Made by a program: the position numbers and the translations under genes
Shown: positions 57,301 to 64,000 of the stretch, piece by piece
Position numbering within the stretch: position 1 is the first letter of the stretch
Layout of the letters: each line of letters starts with the position of its first letter
Notes under the pieces: model-generated
What the model saw: only the letters and a program-made list of their open reading frames with translations
Database searches by the model: none
What the model was told of the DNA's origin: nothing
DNA from: a virus
Taxonomy: Duplodnaviria > Heunggongvirae > Uroviricota > Caudoviricetes
Strand: one strand, 5' to 3'
IMG/VR virus record: IMGVR_UViG_3300042363_000940
DNA length: 64,000 bases

Positions 57301-60300
57301 CGCTGTTACACCATAAGATGCGTTTAGATTACTCGCGTTTGGTGCGGAACCTGCTGTGGTTGCATATGTTGCGGTTGCCGCATTTCCTGATGTGTTTTGG
57401 TTCCACGTTGGGATGTTTCCTGAGTGATATACTGTGTACTCTGTCAGACCTGCACCAATCCTAACAACCAATCCGTTTGTGTTAACAGGATTCAATACGA
57501 TTATATCATCCGCATCATTTGATACACCGATAACCAATCTATTCGATTCACCTGACGAACCTCCAATACCAAATGCATGATATTGAATGAAACCAAAATC
57601 AGATGGGTGATTAATATTTGAGCCATCTCTTTCAGATTCGAAGAAGATACCACTAACACCAGTACTGTTACCTTTTAATACGATGTTATCCGCACCCGTT
57701 ACATAATTTGATTCCGTTGTATATGTACCTCTTGATAATGAACCACCAACGGTTAAACCACCAATGGTTATGTCATTTGTTGTTGATGCTCCTCTTGTTG
57801 TTACAGACGCTAATGTATCGGTTTCAGAATATGATTCCAAATATCTACCATCGATATCAACTGTCACAGTTCCACCGTCGGTTCTTGTCATGGTGATAAC
57901 ACCATTACCAGTGTTGAATGTTGCACCTGTTACATAGGTGTTGGTGTCAGTAACAACCGAGAAACCAGTAACTGTTACAGTTCCTCCGTTTGATTTGGTA
58001 AGTGTTAATGTACCTGCACTGTACGTACCACCCGTAACTGTAACGTCCGAAATGGACTCCAACATGGTGACGTTATATGTGTCACCATTATTTCTGGTGA
58101 ATGTTAGAACCGCAGTTGACCCATTCCACGTTACTCCCGTGGTGTAGTTATTGGTATCAACATACGATGTAATCCATCCAGGATTTGTGGATACACTACC
58201 GTCGGCCATTAAGAACTGAGAAGAACTTCCTCCACTCTTAACAAGTGAAGTTGCCGTTAATGCCCCCGCATTGGTTATTGTTACTATATTGGTCGCACCA
58301 CCGTTTCTAAATACAAAATCACCTCCACCTGTGTTTTGGAAATATAAATTGTTTGAGTGCCATTGAATTTTGTTTTCTTCTCCTGTCCAACTACCGTAGT
58401 TACCTTTTAATGCATAACCACCGGCAATTGTTAAGTTGTCATCAACATAAACAGAACCATTGAAGTATGATGTTCCGTTGTTATAAAAAGTATATCCGGA
58501 GTTGGCTCCACCTATTGAGACATTTCCGTTAACAAAGAGTTTAACTCCTGAAACGGGTGATGCACCCATCGCAATGTTTCCACTAGTATTAAGATGGAAA
58601 TCGTTTTGATTATAACGACCCATTATAACTTTATTATCAGCGAACGCCTCAATTACGGGAACACCCGCAATTGTATTAACTGAGAATAATGAGTTACTTA
58701 AATCATCTGTGATTGTAAACAATCTACCATTAACACCATCAACCGTGAATACTTCTGTTCCACTTGCTGTACTGTTTAATTTAACAGTTGATAAGTTTGA
58801 AGTACTTGCCGGATTTAAATAATATGCGGTGTCATTAATATCGTAGTAAATTGGTGCGTAAACTCTACCTGAACCATCTACTCTATATGTGAATGATGAA
58901 CTGTCCGTTCTTAATGCGTAACCATAAGTGGCCCCTGCGGCAATGTTTACATAAATACCATATTCTGATTTAGAACTGTTATATGCGTTGAACTGTGCCA
59001 ACCAGTCATTGTTGTTTGTTGCGGTTACATATAAAGTGGCATCTTGAACTGTGTTACTATTTCCACCATCAATCCAAAGACCTCTATTATCATAAGTTCG
59101 AACCATTGTTGATTCGGTTTGGTAGATACCACCACCATGTGTTGAGTTGTACCAACCAGTATTTCCACTACTTCTAAACCAATCACTTGCGTTAAATGAA
59201 GCGGCATAAACGTAATCAGTTGATGGATTTACATAAACTTCAGCGGTTCCATAAACCGCATTTCCTGAACCCCATAATAATTGATAGTTACTGTTACTAT
59301 TATTGTTGTAACTAATTGCCCCAAGATACGTTCCCGCCTCTTGGTACTTACCATCGATATCAACTGTTACAGTACCGCCATCATTTCTTGTCATGGTGAT
59401 AACACCAGTTGATGTATTAAATGTTGCTCCGGTTACATAATAATTTGTGTCGGTATCAACAACTGTTTCACTTGCGGTGGTGATTCCGGTGATGTGACCA
59501 AAACTATCTAATAAAATGTCTTGTATGTAAGTTCTACCTGAGTTGTCTGAAGAACCAGCAGCACTTACTGAAGGGTGACCTGTTAAGAACGCAGATGCGT
59601 GTTGACCATCAAGAGTATCCGCATCCAACCCACTTCCACTTCCATCATTACCAGAATGCCAAATTCTATATCTAACGTTACCTACTGACCATCCACCCCA
59701 TACTAAGTCATTTTCTGCACCACCTAATCCGAAGTAACCCGCATAATCTCCACCAATGTGGAATGTCATATATGCATCAGCACCTGCGGTATCTTGGTAG
59801 ACAGTTAATCCCCTATTAGCGGCGGCAACTGTATTAATAAATGTATTTGATGTTTGATAAAACTCGGCAGTTCTTGTTGTTGATGCCCCACGAGAAAGTA
59901 CACTATCTAATGTATCGGTTTCAGAATAACCAGTTATGTATCCACTATTATTTGTAAACTGAGAAATATTCATACTACTCAACGCACCAGCAGTATCGGC
60001 ATAACCCGCATAAATCTTATACCAAGAACCCCACGTAGTTGCTTCTCTTGTTCTAAATGTTACATACCTATCAGAAGTATTATATCTTGGGATTGCCAAC
60101 TGCATTGCGTAGTTAGCAAATGAATAATCATTACCAAGTCCCAAAGTAAATCCGTAGAATTGTGATGAACCCGTACCCGGACCGTTTGTTGACCCATTCA
60201 CATATCTCGCTCCAAAGTCTCCAACACTATTAAAATCGGTGTAGGTACTATGATTCTGACCCATGTTATTGAACAAACGATGTTCGTCTGTCATATCATC

Positions 60301-63300
60301 TATTACCGAATGGGTGTGTGATGATTCCGCATATTTTCCATCAATATCAACCGTGACTGTACCACCATCATTTCTTGTCATGGTGATAACACCAGTTGAA
60401 GTATTAAATGTTGCTCCCGTTACGTAATAGTTCGTATCGGTGTTAACTGATGATATATCAACCGGACTACTAAACGCCCCTCCTGAACCGGTAAATGTTA
60501 AATTAGTGCCGTCAAAAGTAACATCACTAATAAAATCATTCGTATCGGTTACAGTCTCACTCGCGGTAGTGATACCGGTTATATGACCAAAACCATCCAA
60601 TAAAATATCTTGTATGTATGTGCGTCCACTGTTGTTCGATGAACCTGCAGCACTTACTGAAGGGTGAGCAGTTAAGAATGAAGATGCGTGAAGACCATCT
60701 AAGGTATCGGCATCTAATCCTGAAGATGCCCCATCAGTACCCGCAGTCCACACTTTTGAATTATCCCAATATAAAACACCATCAGTTCTCATTTCTAAGA
60801 ACTTACCAACATTACCACTTATATGAAACGCAACACCAGTGGTGGTGTTACCATATGATTCAGTTGTAAGTGCTGCGGTCGAGTAGTTATTATCGGTTTG
60901 ATTCTTTCTGGCATTTAAACCTCCGGTGAACACCGATTGTGTTGAGGTTGACGCTCCCCTTGCTGTTACAGATGCCAATGTATCCGTTTCAGAATATGAA
61001 GTTAAGAATGAAGATGCGTGAAGACCATCTAAGGTATCAGCATCTAATCCTGAAGATGCCCCATCGTTTCCTGAGTGCCATACCGTTCCACCATTTACTG
61101 TTGCGGAACCACTAACCGCAAATGAACCACTTACTGTTGTTGTTGTTCCACTAACAACAAATGCGTTTGTTCCGAATGAACCCGCAACTAATTTGTCATC
61201 AGAGAATACCTCTAATATTGGTAAACCTGAAATATCGTTAACTGAGAATAATGAACCCGATAAACTATCGGTTATTGAGAACAATTGTCCTTGTGAACCT
61301 TGAACATCAAATACTAAACTACCTGAACCATAAACTTGTAATGGAACGTTTGGTGTTGCTGTATCTGATTCACCATAACCAACTCTAACACCTCTAGCAA
61401 CTGTTAAGTAACCATTGGTTGTAAGTGCCATTGCACCTTGTGCATCACTATGAGCAGTATCACCCCACCAAAAACCTCTATCGTCTTCACTATTGAATTG
61501 GAAAGTCATTGCGTAGTCATTAAGACCACCATATGTCATTCCATTCATCATACCAATTGCATACTCACTAGATGTACCCCATAATCTAAACTTATCTCTT
61601 AATGGTGAATACGTTGTGTTATATGCCGTTGCGGTAACACTTGAGAATGTTGGACTATTACTTGTACCTAAATCTTGGTTGATTGTATATTGAGTAATAT
61701 TGTATGCGTTTCCGGTAATATTACCTGTGATTTTTGAACCGGCAAGTGCGGTAATCCATGAAGGGTTACTATATGTACCGTTATCGTAAACACCATTAGT
61801 TACCGTTGCGGCATTTCCTGATATATTGATACCCCAAGTACCATTTTCAAAAACATATTTGTAACCGGCACCATTTCTAAGGAAACCATCTGTCGCCAAA
61901 TAGAATCTAACATTACCTGATTGTGTGAATTTAATTTCTTCATCACTATCATCCTGTGTACCGATTTCTAAGTATGAACCACCAGCGGCGTTACTTGTTG
62001 AAATAAACTTGATGAATGCAGCATCGGTATTCACTCCCCATGTTAAACCTAAGTTTGATGTTGCACCGAATGCAATGTTACCGGTCATTGTACCTCCCGA
62101 TAATGGAAGTTTTGCTCCGATTGAACTCGCAATCGTTGTTGCGAAGTTCGCATCGTCACCTAACGCCGCCGCCAATTCATTTAAAGTATCAAGTGCTGAA
62201 GGTGCCCCATCAATCAGGTTCGTAATTTGTGTTTGTACATAACCTGTGGTTGCATAACCCTGACTTGCGTGGTTACCCCATCCATATGCGGTATCCCAAT
62301 TTGATTTGTTATATCCTGTTATCGCAACCGAACCTCCAAAGAAGTTGGCGATTTCAGTTTCTGTATAATATCTTGTATCTGTTGTAGTTGAATAGTTGTT
62401 TGTATTCAAATACTCATATTGTGTTATGTCTCCACCACCGTAGATTGGTCCCGTCACAATCATACCACCTTGTGGTGTTTGGTCAAGGTCAACTTGTGCT
62501 GGAGTTTCGGTCAATGCGGGGAAATTACTTACATCTCCAGGGTCAACAGCCTCATCAACCCAATCTTTAATAACCCAACCGCTTGATTGGATATTTTCCA
62601 ACATCCATGCTTGTACCGTAGAACTACTTTGGTCTATATAAACTTGAAGTAATGCACCATCGTATGTTGAACCATCTTGAATACGAATGTATCTAAATGG
62701 ATTACCTGAATATCTTGAGTTAATTAAAACTGTAATATCTGAGTAATTTCCATAATGGTGTGTTGCATAGAACACAACTGATTGGTGATTACCACTTGAG
62801 GTGTCTCTTAAAATAAATTTACCAACCGCTCTGCTCCCCGTGTTTACCGCAATGGTATACCATCGACCATCGGGTAATCCCAAAGTTTCTACATTTTTAA
62901 CATACGGAAGATATCTATCATCATGAGTGTGACCCAATTCTGAATACTTTCCATCGATATCAACTGTTACAGTATTACCGTCATTACGTGTAAGTGTAAT
63001 AATACCATTACCTGTATTGAAAGTTGCTCCTGTTACATAGTAATTTGTATTTGTATCAACAACCGTTTCAGTACCTGTTGTAATTCCTGTAATATGTCCA
63101 AATGAATCTAATAAGATGTCTTGGATATATGTTCTTCCTGAGTTATCAGATGAACTCGCCGCACTCACCGAAGGGTGAGCGGTTAAGAATCTACCATCGA
63201 TATCAACGGTGATTGTGTTTCCGTCATTTCTTGTTAAAGTGATAACCCCATCACCTGTGTTGAACGTTGCCCCCGTTACATAATAGTTCGTATCGGTTAC

Positions 63301-64000
63301 TGTTTCACTTGCGGTTGTTATACCTGTTATATGTCCAAATGAATCTAAAAGTATGTCTTGGATGTATGTTCTTCCACTATTGTTCGAAGAACTTGCCGCA
63401 GATACAGAAGGGTGTGCGGTTAAATATGTGTTAGTGTCTAACGAACCATCACCCTTAACGAACTCACCACTATTACCTCCTTGGGTAATGAATGATGCCG
63501 CAGTTATTGATATTGTTGAGGTGTTACCTCTTTGAACAACATCCTCTAATGTTGATATTTCACTGTACGATGTTAAGAACCTACCATCGATATCAACAGT
63601 ATATGTTCCACCGTCGTTACGAGTGTATGTAATTACACCGTTACTGGTATTGAAGGTTGCACCTGTTGTGTAGTAATCAGTACTTGATACACCATATCTT
63701 CCATCTAAATCAACAGTATAAGTTCCACCATCTGTTCTTGTGAAAGTTAAAACACCGTCGCCCGTGTTAAATGTTACACCAGTTGTGTAATAGTTTAAGT
63801 ATGAAGTTAAATATGTATTTGTATCAACACTACCATCTGCCTTTAAGAACTGAGATGATGTTCCACCACTCTTAACAAATGATGTTGCTCTTACATTTCC
63901 ACTCACCGCCAATTTATATCCCGATACAGGTAGTAATCCCATACCAATCTCACCTGTTGTTCCTAAGTAGAAATCATTTTGATTAAATCTACCCATTACA
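54325..64000 (-). CDS. giant repetitive fibre protein, C-terminal 3223 aa at least (N-terminus beyond the window end)
   Basis: Single uninterrupted minus-strand frame to the window edge. About 14 copies of a roughly 33-aa unit YYVTGATFNT(S/G)xGVIT(M/L)TRNDGGTVTVDIDG(R/K)(Y/F), at least 5 copies of LTAHPSVSAAxSSxNSGRTYIQDILLDSFGHITGITT, at least 4 copies of WHSGNDGASSGLDADTLDGLHASSFL, and 3 copies of SGNAATATYATTAGALTSMNISQFTNNSGYI. Confidence 0.85.
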   Translation of the reverse strand, partial: VMGRFNQNDFYLGTTGEIGMGLLPVSGYKLAVSGNVRATSFVKSGGTSSQFLKADGSVDTNTYLTSYLNYYTTGVTFNTGDGVLTFTRTDGGTYTVDLDGRYGVSSTDYYTTGATFNTSNGVITYTRNDGGTYTVDIDGRFLTSYSEISTLEDVVQRGNTSTISITAASFITQGGNSGEFVKGDGSLDTNTYLTAHPSVSAASSSNNSGRTYIQDILLDSFGHITGITTASETVTDTNYYVTGATFNTGDGVITLTRNDGNTITVDIDGRFLTAHPSVSAASSSDNSGRTYIQDILLDSFGHITGITTGTETVVDTNTNYYVTGATFNTGNGIITLTRNDGNTVTVDIDGKYSELGHTHDDRYLPYVKNVETLGLPDGRWYTIAVNTGSRAVGKFILRDTSSGNHQSVVFYATHHYGNYSDITVLINSRYSGNPFRYIRIQDGSTYDGALLQVYIDQSSSTVQAWMLENIQSSGWVIKDWVDEAVDPGDVSNFPALTETPAQVDLDQTPQGGMIVTGPIYGGGDITQYEYLNTNNYSTTTDTRYYTETEIANFFGGSVAITGYNKSNWDTAYGWGNHASQGYATTGYVQTQITNLIDGAPSALDTLNELAAALGDDANFATTIASSIGAKLPLSGGTMTGNIAFGATSNLGLTWGVNTDAAFIKFISTSNAAGGSYLEIGTQDDSDEEIKFTQSGNVRFYLATDGFLRNGAGYKYVFENGTWGINISGNAATVTNGVYDNGTYSNPSWITALAGSKITGNITGNAYNITQYTINQDLGTSNSPTFSSVTATAYNTTYSPLRDKFRLWGTSSEYAIGMMNGMTYGGLNDYAMTFQFNSEDDRGFWWGDTAHSDAQGAMALTTNGYLTVARGVRVGYGESDTATPNVPLQVYGSGSLVFDVQGSQGQLFSITDSLSGSLFSVNDISGLPILEVFSDDKLVAGSFGTNAFVVSGTTTTVSGSFAVSGSATVNGGTVWHSGNDGASSGLDADTLDGLHASSFLTSYSETDTLASVTARGASTSTQSVFTGGLNARKNQTDNNYSTAALTTESYGNTTTGVAFHISGNVGKFLEMRTDGVLYWDNSKVWTAGTDGASSGLDADTLDGLHASSFLTAHPSVSAAGSSNNSGRTYIQDILLDGFGHITGITTASETVTDTNDFISDVTFDGTNLTFTGSGGAFSSPVDISSVNTDTNYYVTGATFNTSTGVITMTRNDGGTVTVDIDGKYAESSHTHSVIDDMTDEHRLFNNMGQNHSTYTDFNSVGDFGARYVNGSTNGPGTGSSQFYGFTLGLGNDYSFANYAMQLAIPRYNTSDRYVTFRTREATTWGSWYKIYAGYADTAGALSSMNISQFTNNSGYITGYSETDTLDSVLSRGASTTRTAEFYQTSNTFINTVAAANRGLTVYQDTAGADAYMTFHIGGDYAGYFGLGGAENDLVWGGWSVGNVRYRIWHSGNDGSGSGLDADTLDGQHASAFLTGHPSVSAAGSSDNSGRTYIQDILLDSFGHITGITTASETVVDTDTNYYVTGATFNTSTGVITMTRNDGGTVTVDIDGKYQEAGTYLGAISYNNNSNSNYQLLWGSGNAVYGTAEVYVNPSTDYVYAASFNASDWFRSSGNTGWYNSTHGGGIYQTESTMVRTYDNRGLWIDGGNSNTVQDATLYVTATNNNDWLAQFNAYNSSKSEYGIYVNIAAGATYGYALRTDSSSFTYRVDGSGRVYAPIYYDINDTAYYLNPASTSNLSTVKLNSTASGTEVFTVDGVNGRLFTITDDLSNSLFSVNTIAGVPVIEAFADNKVIMGRYNQNDFHLNTSGNIAMGASPVSGVKLFVNGNVSIGGANSGYTFYNNGTSYFNGSVYVDDNLTIAGGYALKGNYGSWTGEENKIQWHSNNLYFQNTGGGDFVFRNGGATNIVTITNAGALTATSLVKSGGSSSQFLMADGSVSTNPGWITSYVDTNNYTTGVTWNGSTAVLTFTRNNGDTYNVTMLESISDVTVTGGTYSAGTLTLTKSNGGTVTVTGFSVVTDTNTYVTGATFNTGNGVITMTRTDGGTVTVDIDGRYLESYSETDTLASVTTRGASTTNDITIGGLTVGGSLSRGTYTTESNYVTGADNIVLKGNSTGVSGIFFESERDGSNINHPSDFGFIQYHAFGIGGSSGESNRLVIGVSNDADDIIVLNPVNTNGLVVRIGAGLTEYTVYHSGNIPTWNQNTSGNAATATYATTAGSAPNASNLNASYGVTAGAGNGLKFWGGSDLYKIHMGNSAEYHYGPVTDYSIKTNIDSNGATRGFTWGTDGGTPIAALNVGNGNMQIAGTFTASNFSGSSSGTNTGDQTNISGNAATATYATTAGALTSMNISQFTNNSGYITSYVDTNYYVTGATFNTSTGVITLTRNDGGTVTVPNLDGRYQLLGTYLTAHPSVAAASSSDNSGRTYIQDILLDSFGHVIGLSTATETVTDNYITGATFNTSTGVITMTRNDGGTVTVDIDGRYLESYSETDTLASVTARGASTSTNLTFSGDNGFSGINTFSNSYNEFGDGHGSVSNDGGWNARVNIAGTAHARLDVVSVSDGIITSMYSHTGNGAGKMGTMSNHPLNLIVNGNVRTTLDASGNLGVTGTITGTDIYASNWFRNTQSNDGFYNEVTTQHLSSNSNGYWDMSSTTTYSGIRFYTGGHVSALRGYIYANTSNEIGFLNTGGNWSLRCDNSQNVHVTTAVYAPIYYDSNDTNYYLNPASTSNLKTVKVNSTVAGTEALTVDGVNGRLFTITDDMTDSIFSVNTISGLPVIEAFADYTVVMGRYGLNDFKIDNAGAVTIRGNTVWHAGNDGASSGLDADLLDGQHGSYYAAASSLSSYLPLGGGTMTGTITITNTDIRSNSTSNWTGDPGTQGKIQYHSARWYIVSDSASDRIVQFRRNGTDVSYIDNSGNFIGNASTATNVDYGGLTGTVPTWNQNTSGNAATATYATTAGALTSMNISQFTNNSGYITSYVDTNYYVTGATFNTSTGVITMTRNDGGTVTVDIDGKYAESSHTHDDRYFTETESDARFQPLENQRVSTSNSPTFVDIYANNWFRNNQVNEGLYNEATNNHWYSENNASWTVGSTNASYGEIRMRLGHQGTYKGSFYWDAAGIGILNEIGGWGVRVNYGGSYGGTIYGSWNTTGHFLPTTNNAYDLGSASLGWRNIYTNDLHLSNMNKPEGNDIDGTSGTWTIQEGDENLYIINNLNGKKYRITLEEI

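Noticed and set aside
54405-63535. About 12 plus-strand ORFs of 60-120 aa inside the giant fibre gene (e.g. 56288-56650, 56957-57205, 61925-62242)
   Set aside because: Opposite-strand shadows of a long repetitive coding region; their Pro/Val/Leu-rich low-complexity translations are typical of antisense Thr/Gly/Asn codons
54325-64000. Possibility that the regularly spaced repeats are a CRISPR array or a non-coding tandem satellite
   Set aside because: Repeats are 60-100 nt, imperfect and embedded in one long open frame with protein-level periodicity; there are no short unique spacers
1-64000. Giant virus (chlorovirus-like) origin, suggested by vSET-like, P4H, GSII, glycosyltransferases and a tRNA cluster
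   Set aside because: Gene density, small same-strand arrays and bacterial-type genes argue for a bacteriophage. These include a DnaA domain IV protein, LpxH, a FlgJ glucosaminidase, a PG-binding M15 peptidase, a lipoprotein signal and MgsA. A Seg-like GIY-YIG endonuclease next to thyA points the same way
1-64000. Prophage or integrative element signatures (integrase, attachment repeats, toxin-antitoxin)
   Set aside because: No integrase, recombinase, repressor or flanking direct repeats recognisable in this window; the content looks like a virulent-phage early and structural region

Overview
This window reads as part of a large, AT-rich, tailed dsDNA bacteriophage genome, probably a jumbo phage of a Gram-negative host. 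The host is inferred from an LpxH-like enzyme, a DnaA domain-IV protein, a FlgJ-type glucosaminidase, a peptidoglycan-binding M15 peptidase and an outer-membrane-barrel-like protein. A giant-virus origin was considered and rejected. The window is gene-dense with three strand blocks: roughly 1-41450 mostly minus strand, 41540-49105 plus strand, and 49117-64000 minus strand.

Content by region:
- 251-634: two tRNA-like genes on the minus strand.
- 633-41449: a long run of early/auxiliary genes. These include SpeD-like pyruvoyl decarboxylase, GSII-type glutamine synthetase, methylglyoxal synthase, hotdog thioesterase, class-I aminotransferase, prolyl-4-hydroxylase-like oxygenase, CCA-adding enzyme, 2H phosphoesterase, SET-domain protein, ThyA with large insertions next to a free-standing GIY-YIG homing endonuclease, DEDDh exonuclease, deoxyribonucleotidase, DNA methyltransferase, SPFH/band-7 protein, metallophosphatases, two peptidoglycan hydrolases, and two pairs of large paralogous unknown proteins.
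- 41999-49105: a plus-strand glycan-biosynthesis operon (GT1 x2, GT2-like x2-3, Methyltransf_24-like methyltransferase, UDP-galactopyranose mutase).
- 50694-64000: a structural block with a glycine-rich protein, two LamG-domain proteins and a highly repetitive fibre protein of at least 3223 aa that runs off the window end.

A conserved promoter-like element (consensus TTCGAATATTCCAAAT as written on the plus strand) recurs about 25-40 nt upstream of at least six minus-strand genes. Several rho-independent terminators are visible. All functional calls rest on motif recognition in the translated ORFs; no database search was possible.
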